Shown here piece by piece: positions 1 through 8,605 of a DNA stretch of 64,000 nt. Position 1 is the stretch's first letter. Each line of letters begins with the position of its first letter. A program made the translations under genes and the position numbers. Under the pieces are notes generated by a model. The model did no database searches, was not told the DNA's origin, and saw only the letters and a program-made list of their open reading frames with translations. Source of the DNA: Candidatus Marinacidobacterales bacterium (lineage in GTDB: Bacteria > Acidobacteriota > Vicinamibacteria > Marinacidobacterales > SMYC01); contig OZ250169.1 of the NCBI GenBank assembly GCA_965237955.1, positions 2,304,001 to 2,368,000 on the forward strand, given 5' to 3'.

Positions 1-413
1 TCCTCCCAGTTGAGCTTCTTGAAGAGCGTGTACGACGATACCGAGAGCCCGAGTCCGAGCGAGGCTTCCACTTGCTGGTCCCAGTAGAGAAACAGGCGCG
101 AGCCGATTCCTTTCCGCTGAAGGTTGGGCCCGACCATGACGTCCATACCCCAGGAAGCTCGGAGGATACGGTCGAGCACTTTCAACCGAACCGGCATCGT
201 CGCGTACTGGCCGAGCACGCGGCCGTCTTCTTTGGCCACCCAGATCTCGGGCCCCTCGGGCGGGCAGTTTGGATTCTCATCGTATTGCCATCGCCACCGG
301 GCGCGGTTTTGCTCCGCCGCCTTTTTCCCGAAAACATCGACGTACATGGCCTCGAGCGCCGGGCGCTCGGCCTCGGAGCGCCGGCCGATCTCGATCGAGG
401 GTGCAGAAGACAT
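1..413 (-). CDS. GNAT-family N-acetyltransferase (5' part; runs off the left edge)
   Basis: Not in the ORF track because it has no stop in the window. Manual translation from ATG 413: MSSAPSIEIGRRSEAERPALEAMYVDVFGKK...RWRWQYDENP...WGMDVMVGPNLQRKGIGSRLF. QRKGIG is the GNAT acetyl-CoA motif A. Confidence 0.8.
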   Translation of the reverse strand, partial: MSSAPSIEIGRRSEAERPALEAMYVDVFGKKAAEQNRARWRWQYDENPNCPPEGPEIWVAKEDGRVLGQYATMPVRLKVLDRILRASWGMDVMVGPNLQRKGIGSRLFLYWDQQVEASLGLGLSVSSYTLFKKLNWE

Positions 414-462
414 GGCTGAAGATCACGATCCTAGCACGCGCGGCAGAGACGCGAAGGAGTGC

Positions 463-483
463 CGGCATTCGGCATTCGGCATT
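463..483. repeat. Heptamer tandem repeat (CGGCATT)x3
   Basis: Read directly; intergenic, next to the pspC-like stop codon. Confidence 0.9.
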
Positions 484-485
484 TA

Positions 486-623
486 TCAGACGTAGACGAA
501 GATGCCGGGGAAGGCGGCGGAGCAGATCGAGATCAGCACGTACGCGACGCGCACGATCGTCGGATCCCACCCGAGCCACTGGGCGATGCCGCCGCAGACG
601 CCGAGCAGCATGCGCTCGCTCAT
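486..623 (-). pseudogene. pspC: PspC-domain small protein, apparently truncated (45 aa)
   Basis: Manual translation MSERMLLGVCGGIAQWLGWDPTIVRVAYVLISICSAAFPGIFVYV* matches the PspC pattern (GVCGGIA..G.DPT.VR). It lacks the usual C-terminal W..MP and has an in-frame stop just upstream. Confidence 0.7.
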
Positions 624-677
624 CGGGCGGGGAGGTTATCACACCTCGCGAAAACCCATGCTATCCTCACGCACGAA

Positions 678-956
678 ATGGGCTGTCTCGCAGGATGTTT
701 CGCGTTTCTCTTCCCCCGTCTCATGCTCTTCATCATGTTCCTCACCAGCAACTACATCGGCCGCGCCTACGAGACGAACCTTTGGCCCGTCCTCGGATTT
801 TTCTTCATGCCGCTCACCACCATCGCGTACGCGTGGGCGGTGAACTCGAACGGCACCGTCACCGGGATCTACCTCGTCGTCGTCGTCATCGCGGTCCTCA
901 TGGATCTCGGCGCGAACGGGAGCGGCGCCCACCACGGCCGCAAGCGTTGGAAGTAG
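678..956 (+). CDS. Small hypothetical membrane protein (92 aa)
   Basis: ATG 678 within ORF 459..956; about three hydrophobic segments (MGCLAGCFAFLFPRL..., WPVLGFFFMPLTTIAYAW, GIYLVVVVIAVLMDLG). Confidence 0.7.
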   Translation: MGCLAGCFAFLFPRLMLFIMFLTSNYIGRAYETNLWPVLGFFFMPLTTIAYAWAVNSNGTVTGIYLVVVVIAVLMDLGANGSGAHHGRKRWK

Positions 957-963
957 CTGATCC

Positions 964-1845
964 CTACCCTGGCAGGTATTTGAGCCCAGCTGCAACCGAC
1001 GCGACGATCGAAAGAGCCGTCGCCACGATACAAATCACCGCGACAAGAAGGTGGTCGCCGCGCTCAGGCTGAAGAGGATCCAGAAACTTGGCCATGAGAT
1101 AGCCGCCAACGAGGCCACCCAAGTGGGCCTGGTTGTCCACTCCGCGCATGACGATCCCGAATATGGCGAAGAAGATCGCGTAGGCGATCATCTGCTCACG
1201 AAGGACTCGACTTCCGGTTCGATTCCCGTAGTAGAGGAGTGCGCCTAGAAGGCCAAAAACGGCCGCCGAGGCTCCTACCGTCAACGGCGCGCCGACGAGT
1301 CCGAAGAACGCCAAAAACCGACCAAATGGGATGAACGGATACAGCTGGAGGGCGACGCTACTGAAGATGAAGCCCATCGCAGATGACACCGTGTAGATGA
1401 TGATCATCCGACCCGCCCCGTAGTATTCGGCCACGGCAGGCGCAAAGTTGCGCACAATCATCATGTTGAAGCCGATGTGGATGATGCCGCCATGAAGCCA
1501 CCCGGCGCTTAACACTGTCCACCACTGGCCGCGCTCGAAAACGGGACGCCATCCACTCGCACCAAAGAGTCGTAACGCCTCGGTACTTGGACTCATGAAG
1601 GTCAGAAACCCACCCTGCCGGATTCCAGAAGGATCCACGGCAAGGGTAGCAATGAACAAGGCGAGCGAGCCGGTAATCACGAGCTTGACGAAGCCCATGT
1701 CGCGGCCGAGCGCGCGCAACGCGCCACCGAAACCCCACATGCTCGGGTTGCGGCGCCCGCAGTGGAAACACACCTCGTCGTTGACACCGACGAGCTGCCC
1801 ACACGAGGAGCACAGCACCGAGCCGGTTTTCTGTCGTTCGAACAC
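964..1845 (-). CDS. Rhomboid-family intramembrane serine protease with N-terminal zinc ribbon
   Basis: HGGIIHIGFNM, catalytic GAS (VGASAAVFG) and AHLGG; N-terminal CSSC...CFHC. Confidence 0.9.
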   Translation of the reverse strand: MFERQKTGSVLCSSCGQLVGVNDEVCFHCGRRNPSMWGFGGALRALGRDMGFVKLVITGSLALFIATLAVDPSGIRQGGFLTFMSPSTEALRLFGASGWRPVFERGQWWTVLSAGWLHGGIIHIGFNMMIVRNFAPAVAEYYGAGRMIIIYTVSSAMGFIFSSVALQLYPFIPFGRFLAFFGLVGAPLTVGASAAVFGLLGALLYYGNRTGSRVLREQMIAYAIFFAIFGIVMRGVDNQAHLGGLVGGYLMAKFLDPLQPERGDHLLVAVICIVATALSIVASVAAGLKYLPG

Positions 1846-1870
1846 GCCTAACGTCTACCCTTTCGGCATT

Positions 1871-2980
1871 CTACCCGATCGTGCGCGGGAGCTCTCGCGA
1901 GAGCCGCGCGAGCACTTCGTAACCGATGGTGCCGCTCCACGCGCCGACCTCCTCCGCCGTGATCGATTCATTCCCTTGCTCGCCGAGGAGGATGACTTCG
2001 TCGTCCTCCTCCGCGGATGCCTCGGTCACGTCGATCATCGTCATGTTCATCGCAACGCGGCCCACGACGGGAGCCCGCACGCCACGAACGAGTACCGCGC
2101 CGCGGCCCGAGAGCTTTCGATCGATGCCGTCGTAGTAACCCACCGGAATCACCGCAATGCGCCGCTCCGACGACGCACGGTAGGTGCGATCGTATCCCAC
2201 GCTCGCGCCCGCTGGCACCGACTTTACTTGCGCGATGCGGCATTTCCAGCTCAACACGGGCTGCAACTTGAGATCGCGTGCCGCGTCGCGCGTCTCCGGC
2301 GAAGGCCATACACCGTAGAGCCCAATCCCGACACGAGCGATCGTCATCTCCTCTGGAGCGTGGAGCAAAACCCCGGCGGTCGGTGACACGTGAACCCACG
2401 CCGGCTCGATGTCGTTGGCCCGAAGGACGGCGAGCGCGTCGCGCAACAACTCGATCTGCTCCTGGTAGTAGGTCGAGTTTGGATCCTCGATGTCGGCAAA
2501 GTGCGTGTAGACACCTTCGACGACAACGCCTTCCAGCCCAGCCAGGTACCGTGCGAAGCTAGAGAGCTCGGTGAGTGGCACGCCGAGACGATAGAGGCCT
2601 GTCTCGATCTTCACGTGCACGTACGCTGGTTTGCCCAGCTCGTGCGCCGCGTGGGACAACGCTTCGGCGGTGTCGCGGCGAAACAGCACCTGACGCAGCC
2701 CTCGGTTCACGACGCTCTCCAACAAGTCGGGTTCGGTATGACCGAGAACAAGCACCGGTTTGGCACGGGTCAAACTCAACTCCATCGCCTCGCGGACCGA
2801 GTCCACACCGAGCCAATCGACGTGGTCGACGAGCGCGGGTACCACCACCAGCGAGCCGTGGCCGTAGGCGTTCGCCTTCACCACCGCCATTAGCTGACAC
2901 ACGTCGCCGAGACGTTTTCGGAACGCGGCGACGTTCGCGAGGAGCCGTTCCCGATCGATTTCGATCCAGGAGCCTGCCAC
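1871..2980 (-). CDS. alr: Alanine racemase
   Basis: AVVKANAYGHG PLP-lysine motif, HVKIETG, VGYDRTY, GRVAMNM. Confidence 0.95.
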   Translation of the reverse strand: MAGSWIEIDRERLLANVAAFRKRLGDVCQLMAVVKANAYGHGSLVVVPALVDHVDWLGVDSVREAMELSLTRAKPVLVLGHTEPDLLESVVNRGLRQVLFRRDTAEALSHAAHELGKPAYVHVKIETGLYRLGVPLTELSSFARYLAGLEGVVVEGVYTHFADIEDPNSTYYQEQIELLRDALAVLRANDIEPAWVHVSPTAGVLLHAPEEMTIARVGIGLYGVWPSPETRDAARDLKLQPVLSWKCRIAQVKSVPAGASVGYDRTYRASSERRIAVIPVGYYDGIDRKLSGRGAVLVRGVRAPVVGRVAMNMTMIDVTEASAEEDDEVILLGEQGNESITAEEVGAWSGTIGYEVLARLSRELPRTIG

Positions 2981-4168
2981 TTACTGGTAAGCCCTCACCA
3001 GAGGCTTCATCGTCATCGACTGCACCACGAGTGAGAAGAAGACGAGGATGGCAGTGAAGACAAGAAACTCGGCGCGGAAGGGAACGTCACGGGGAAGGCC
3101 GAGGACGAGAGCTATCGGGATCGATCCCTTCAGACCACCCCACACCATGATGTGCGCCCACCTGAATGGAAACGCCTGATGGGTCTTGCTCGTGAAGTAG
3201 TAGACCGGGTAGACCGTGAGGGCACGGGCGAGGAGCACGATCCCGACGATGAGAAGTCCCGGGAGGATGAACGATGTCAGGTCCCCGACGTACGCTTTCA
3301 TCTCGAAGCCGATGAGCACGAACAAGACCGCGTTGATGAGGAAGTCGACGACTTCCCAGAAGTTGTCGATGGTCTCGATCGTCTGGCTCGACATCGAGAA
3401 CAGCTTCCCGTAGTTGCCAATGATGAGTCCGGCGACGACGACCGCGATGACGCCGGAGAGATGAAACATCTCGGCGAAAAGAAAACTCCCGAACACGAGC
3501 ACGACCGTCAGCGTGACTTCGAGAAGGTGATCGTCGAGGCCTTTCATCAGCCGGTAGCACGAAAAGCCGAAGGCGAGACCGATGACGGCGCCACCCAAAC
3601 ATACCTTGAAGAAATCTCCCGCGATCGCGGTCACGCTCGGCTCGGCACCCTGGTAGAGCACGGCGAAAAGTGCTGAGAACAACACCACACTGGTACCGTC
3701 ATTGAACAGGCTCTCGCCCTCCATCAGCGCTTTCAGTCGTTTCGGCGCACCGACTTCACGAAAAATCGCGAGCACCGAGATGGGATCCGTGGCCGCCACC
3801 ATCGCGCCGAAGAGAAGCCCTTTGAGCCACGGCATTTCGAGCGCGTAGTGGAGCATCGTGCCCACGAGAAACGTGGCCACGATGAGGCCGGGAACCGCCA
3901 GGGTCGCAACCGGGATCAGATTCCTCTTGAGGCTCTCGAGGTCCATATGGAGTGCGCCCTGGAACAAGAGCGGCGGGAGCACGATGAGGAGCACGAGCTC
4001 CTTGCTGAGGTGGACGTCCATCTCGATGGGGAGAAAGCTCACCGCGACACCCATGAGCACGAGCGCGGTCGTGTAGGGAACGTGAATCTGTTTGACGAGG
4101 ATGGCGACGAGCGAAGCGACGCTCAGAATCAACAACAGGTCTTCGAGCACGAGCGCGGTTTCGGACAT
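2981..4168 (-). CDS. CPA1-family Na+/H+ antiporter
   Basis: ATDPISVLAIF, EGESLFNDG and WGGLKG motifs; probable start ATG 4168 (MSETALV), directly after the upstream stop. Confidence 0.9.
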   Translation of the reverse strand: MSETALVLEDLLLILSVASLVAILVKQIHVPYTTALVLMGVAVSFLPIEMDVHLSKELVLLIVLPPLLFQGALHMDLESLKRNLIPVATLAVPGLIVATFLVGTMLHYALEMPWLKGLLFGAMVAATDPISVLAIFREVGAPKRLKALMEGESLFNDGTSVVLFSALFAVLYQGAEPSVTAIAGDFFKVCLGGAVIGLAFGFSCYRLMKGLDDHLLEVTLTVVLVFGSFLFAEMFHLSGVIAVVVAGLIIGNYGKLFSMSSQTIETIDNFWEVVDFLINAVLFVLIGFEMKAYVGDLTSFILPGLLIVGIVLLARALTVYPVYYFTSKTHQAFPFRWAHIMVWGGLKGSIPIALVLGLPRDVPFRAEFLVFTAILVFFSLVVQSMTMKPLVRAYQ

Positions 4169-4169
4169 G

Positions 4170-5966
4170 CTAGTGATATCGGACGAGGGCCACGTCATGG
4201 AGCGTGCGAACACCCATGACGCCAATATAAAGGATGGCGCCCCAGGCTGCCGCCATGCCCAGCCGCCCGCGGTCGAAAGCACTCGAAAGATAAACACCGC
4301 CGACAAGCGCCAACAGCGGGAGCGCTTGGAGCGCGTAGCGGATCTCGACGGCCGAGGCGAGGTCGATCCCGAGAAACAGAATCGAAACGCCGAGCCACAC
4401 GAGCGCCGCGCTCCGGAACGTCGTCGCGTGCCGAGCTTTGACCAGCGATAGGCTTCCGAGCGCCGCCACCGCGAGGAACACCCAGCCGAGCGGAAACACC
4501 GTCGCTTGCCACCCGCCCGTTCCGCCGCTCGATTCCCCGGTGACGGCGCGGCCCCACTGGCCGGTGACGAGCTCGGCATAGCCGAGGTAGTAAATGCCGA
4601 CGATCACGAAGCTCACCGTCAGGGCGATCGTCAAACGTTTGCGATCGTCTTTCACCGGCGTTGGCCCGAGCCACAGGAGCGCGAGCCATGCCGGGAACAA
4701 GACGACACCTTCAAGCAGCATTCCGAAATGAGCGGTGAGCGCGAACGCAGTGAAGATCGCGCACGCGATCGGCCGCGTGAATAGAAATGTGAATGCGAGC
4801 GTAAGCATGGCGACGGCAAAAATATTCGTTAAGTTCCCTGCGGAGAAGCTCAACGCGTTCATCGGCACGAGCTGATAGAGAAGTGCGGCGAGAACGCCGC
4901 CACGCACGTCGTCGAAAAATCGCCACGCGAGCAGAATCAACATGATGGAGACGACGACATCGAACGCAGAAGTTGTCGCGGTGAGCGCGGTGACCCGTTC
5001 GAGGCCGAGGCCCACGAGGGGAGCGCTCACGACGTAGAGCGACACCGGGTAGGGGATGGTGAACGGTGGCTCATGCTGCGTCACCGACGTCGGATGCCAA
5101 TCTCCATCGAGAAAGTGCTGCATGCGGTTCGCTTGAAAGTCGGCGTCCGAAGTGAGGGTAAGGGGATAGAACGCGACCGCCATCTCGACAAGGAACACGA
5201 CCGCGATCGCGCCCGTGACCGACCGCCGCGGATCTTTCTGAAGCCGCCGGGCGAAAACCGCGACGACCAGCGTCAGAGCGGAGAGCGCCGCCACATGAAA
5301 CGGGTACAGCGAAAACCGCAACGCGTGGCAGGCTAGCAAATAGACGAAGCCGCCCAAAAAGAGTAGCGCCACCCCCGCGGACGGGAGGCTTGCCCCCGAT
5401 GCGACGAGCGCGGCCGCAAACAACAAAACAGCGGCGACGCCCATGAGCGCCGAAGGCGCCGCCCACGACAAGGGCGTATCGGGAAGGCGCACGGTGACAC
5501 CGAGGACCTGCACACCCAGGGGTCGTTTGCCGCTCGGGTCGAACGTGTTAGAACGGATACCGAGACGAAGATGGGAGCGGTCTGATGGGAACTCGAAATG
5601 GTAGCTGACGGTTCCCGGGAGCCCCGGGGTGTTGTGCACGGTGGCGCCATTCGCGGTGAAAGCGAGATTGGGAAGCGGTTCACCGTGGGGGCGTCGCACT
5701 CGGAGGCGGGCTTCGACGGCGAGCTCTCCCGTCGTAGGAAGGTTGTGGAAATCCAGGTACGAGACGTCTTTCGTCCAGCGAAAGAATTGATCGCCGAGGC
5801 GCTCGCGGTTGTGGAAATCCGAGATCATCCCGCCTTCGTAAGCGTTTTCGAAGTCGACGACGATGTCGCCACTCCGTCGATACAGCGCGGCGGTCGCGAC
5901 GAACGTAACCCCGGCACTGAGGAAGGCGAGGGCGAGCGCTACCGCGAGCTCTCTTTTAGCGACCAT
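4170..5966 (-). CDS. Polytopic membrane protein, probable GT-C-fold glycosyltransferase with an N-terminal periplasmic domain
   Basis: More than 10 hydrophobic segments, acidic loop (TSDADFQANR), IPYP and late EIRY motifs; position in a glycan operon. The family call is an inference. Confidence 0.55.
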   Translation of the reverse strand: MVAKRELAVALALAFLSAGVTFVATAALYRRSGDIVVDFENAYEGGMISDFHNRERLGDQFFRWTKDVSYLDFHNLPTTGELAVEARLRVRRPHGEPLPNLAFTANGATVHNTPGLPGTVSYHFEFPSDRSHLRLGIRSNTFDPSGKRPLGVQVLGVTVRLPDTPLSWAAPSALMGVAAVLLFAAALVASGASLPSAGVALLFLGGFVYLLACHALRFSLYPFHVAALSALTLVVAVFARRLQKDPRRSVTGAIAVVFLVEMAVAFYPLTLTSDADFQANRMQHFLDGDWHPTSVTQHEPPFTIPYPVSLYVVSAPLVGLGLERVTALTATTSAFDVVVSIMLILLAWRFFDDVRGGVLAALLYQLVPMNALSFSAGNLTNIFAVAMLTLAFTFLFTRPIACAIFTAFALTAHFGMLLEGVVLFPAWLALLWLGPTPVKDDRKRLTIALTVSFVIVGIYYLGYAELVTGQWGRAVTGESSGGTGGWQATVFPLGWVFLAVAALGSLSLVKARHATTFRSAALVWLGVSILFLGIDLASAVEIRYALQALPLLALVGGVYLSSAFDRGRLGMAAAWGAILYIGVMGVRTLHDVALVRYH

Positions 5967-7630
5967 ATCTCGATGAGCGGTCCTTTGTGCGATAGACCGG
6001 CGCTCGGCGCCCAGTCTTCGTTGTCCAAGTAGGGCGTCCCGTCTTCTCCATCTACGCCATCTAAGAACGGAGAGATCGTCGTCAGCAGCGTTCCCTCCGT
6101 GGCGGCGCGCTCGAACACCGCCGCCAACGCCGCCGGTGGCGAAATCGGGGCTCGGCGCAGGATGACGCCAAAAACGCCGCGCTCGATCAGAGGATCGAAT
6201 CCCCCATTGAGATCGTCGAGCTCGTCGTAAGCGATGTAGATGCGGTTGAGCTCGTCACCTTTCCCGAGAAAGTACAAGGGATAGCTCGTGGGCTCTGCTT
6301 GTGCGACATCGAGAAGCGAAGCGTACTTACCGCGGCGCTCGAGCTCGTCGAGGGCGCCGTTCGCTTCCAGGCTATCGCGAACGCTCTCCGCGGACTGCGG
6401 GAGCGGCACCGAGTACGACTGCAGCGCGAACGTCGCCCCCGAGACTACGTTTTCGACGACCCACTCCCGGGCGACGGTGCGGGTGTCCTCTCTCGCAAAG
6501 AGACGATCGACGTGGATCGACCAATAGAGCGGCTGCAGGCACGCAAGCACCGCCACGAGAACCGCCGCCGTTCTTCCCATCCGAGCTTCGAGCGCGGACA
6601 CCGAAAGCCCCGCCGCCGCCGCCAGACTCGGAAGGATCGGGTTCAAGTAGCGACCCGCAAAAAACGTGTAGGTTATGAATCCGAAGAACAAGAGCGGAAA
6701 GCTACCCCAGAGCGCGAGCTCGTTGCGGTGGTTTCGCGCCATGAGAACGAAGCCTATTAGCACCAACGTGAACAGGAGATAACCCAAGCCCTGCGTCACC
6801 AGGAACTCGAGGTAGCGCCCGAAGCTCGGGAAGATTGCGAGCCCGCCTTCGAGGCTTCGATCCACGACGACCTGACGGTTGGCTCGCATGTGCTCGAGCG
6901 CAATAGGGAATCTCAAAACGACGAATGGCGACAGCAGAAAAAACGTCACCGCCGACACCGCTCCCGCTGCGACCACGTGCGCGAAACGCTCCCACCCGCG
7001 GCTCACCAAATGGCACACGATGAACGCAGGTGCCAGGAAAATCATGTAGTAATGCGTCGCGAACGCTACCCCCAGTGCCCCACCTGCCACCAAATACGCC
7101 CAGAGCCCTTTCTTGGACAGCGCACGATCGATCGCCCAAAGTGCGAGGATGAACAAGAACCCGCTGGGGACATCGTGTTTGAGATAGTGCGCGTCGCGCA
7201 CGTGAAAGTAAGCGACCGCGATGAACACCGAGGCCGCCCTTGCGGCGGTGCGCCCGAAGTGTTTAAGCACGAGCCCGTAAGTAACAACGATGGTAGCGAG
7301 CGCGGCGACGACGCCTATTAGACGTCCGACGAGATAAAACTCGGTCGGGTCTTCGAAAAAGCGAGCCTGGAACGCGGCGACATTCTCGTAGCCTCCGTGG
7401 ACCCATCCGAACACATAGAGCCCCCCCATGACCGCGAACAAAAAATAGAAGAAAAAACTCGGGTAGAGGTAGTACTCGGGGTCGAGACCGCGAGCGACCG
7501 CGAGCGACCGCGCCATGATGTTCGCTTCGTCCGGGTTATAGACGAACGGTAGGCCGTGGTCGATTCCGTAGAGCCGCAGCACGGCGGCCAGGGCGAGCAC
7601 GACGACGAGAAATGGGTCTCGCATCGACAC
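5939..7630 (-). CDS. Glycosyltransferase family 39/83-like (PMT/ArnT, GT-C)
   Basis: LRLYGIDHGLP...YNPDE first-loop DE motif, YPSF, multiple TMs, RYLNPILP, soluble C-terminal domain. Confidence 0.8.
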   Translation of the reverse strand: MSMRDPFLVVVLALAAVLRLYGIDHGLPFVYNPDEANIMARSLAVARGLDPEYYLYPSFFFYFLFAVMGGLYVFGWVHGGYENVAAFQARFFEDPTEFYLVGRLIGVVAALATIVVTYGLVLKHFGRTAARAASVFIAVAYFHVRDAHYLKHDVPSGFLFILALWAIDRALSKKGLWAYLVAGGALGVAFATHYYMIFLAPAFIVCHLVSRGWERFAHVVAAGAVSAVTFFLLSPFVVLRFPIALEHMRANRQVVVDRSLEGGLAIFPSFGRYLEFLVTQGLGYLLFTLVLIGFVLMARNHRNELALWGSFPLLFFGFITYTFFAGRYLNPILPSLAAAAGLSVSALEARMGRTAAVLVAVLACLQPLYWSIHVDRLFAREDTRTVAREWVVENVVSGATFALQSYSVPLPQSAESVRDSLEANGALDELERRGKYASLLDVAQAEPTSYPLYFLGKGDELNRIYIAYDELDDLNGGFDPLIERGVFGVILRRAPISPPAALAAVFERAATEGTLLTTISPFLDGVDGEDGTPYLDNEDWAPSAGLSHKGPLIEIWSLKESSR

Positions 7631-7633
7631 CCG

Positions 7634-8605
7634 TCAAGACGTCGAGAGGTGATCGATCACGCGCTGAAGAATCCCGTCGAGGCTCACCTTCGGCTCGTAG
7701 CCGACAAGGGCCGCAATCTTACTCGTATCGGGAACACGTCGCGGCATGTCTTCGAAGCCTTCCTCATAGGCCTTCTCGTAGGGCACGAAGACGATCTCCG
7801 AGTCGCTCTTCGCCATCGCCTTCACTTTCTTCGCGAGCTCGAGAATGCTGACCTCGTGATCCGAACCGATGTTGAAGACTTCGCCCGGCGCGTCGGGATG
7901 ATCCATCAACCCGAGAAGGCCGCTCACCACGTCGGAAACGTCGGTAAAACACCGCCTCTGCGTGCCGTCACCAAACACGGTGATGGGTTGTCCGGCAAGA
8001 GCTTGACGAACGAAATTCGGTATCACCATGCCGTAGCGTCCGGTCTGCCGTGGGCCCACGGTATTGAACAGGCGCACCACCGTGACCGGAAGTTTCTTCT
8101 CTTTGTAATAGGCGAGCCCGAGAAACTCGTCGATGGCTTTCGAGCATGCGTAGCTCCAGCGACCTTTGTTGGTCGCGCCCATGACGAGATCCGCGTCTTC
8201 CCGAAACGGGAACTCGGTGCTTTTGCCGTAGACCTCGGACGTCGACGCCAGGAGCACACGCTTTTTCTTCTTGTTGGCGAGCTTCAAGACAGTCTCCGTG
8301 CCGTGGACGTTGGTCTCGATCGTGTGCACCGGGCTTTCGACGATGAGTCGAACGCCCACCGCCGCAGCCAGATGCACGACCACATCCACCCGATCGACGT
8401 GCTCCGCGGTCACCGGCTCGTTGATGACCGTGTCGATGGAGTAACTGAATCCCGTGTTCCCTTTGAGGTGCTCGATGTTCTCGATGCTCCCCGTCGATAA
8501 ATCATCGAGTACATAGACTTCGTCCCCGCGTTCGAGGAGCGCCTCCGCGAGGTGCGAGCCGATGAAGCCCGCCCCTCCGGTTATCAGGACTTTGAGGACT
8601 TTCAT
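7634..8605 (-). CDS. NAD-dependent epimerase/dehydratase (UDP-glucuronate decarboxylase/ArnA-like SDR)
   Basis: GGAGFIG, HLAA, STSEVYG, RWSYACSK (YxxxK), RLFNTVGPRQ; ATG 8605 overlaps the upstream TGA. Confidence 0.9.
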   Translation of the reverse strand: MKVLKVLITGGAGFIGSHLAEALLERGDEVYVLDDLSTGSIENIEHLKGNTGFSYSIDTVINEPVTAEHVDRVDVVVHLAAAVGVRLIVESPVHTIETNVHGTETVLKLANKKKKRVLLASTSEVYGKSTEFPFREDADLVMGATNKGRWSYACSKAIDEFLGLAYYKEKKLPVTVVRLFNTVGPRQTGRYGMVIPNFVRQALAGQPITVFGDGTQRRCFTDVSDVVSGLLGLMDHPDAPGEVFNIGSDHEVSILELAKKVKAMAKSDSEIVFVPYEKAYEEGFEDMPRRVPDTSKIAALVGYEPKVSLDGILQRVIDHLSTS

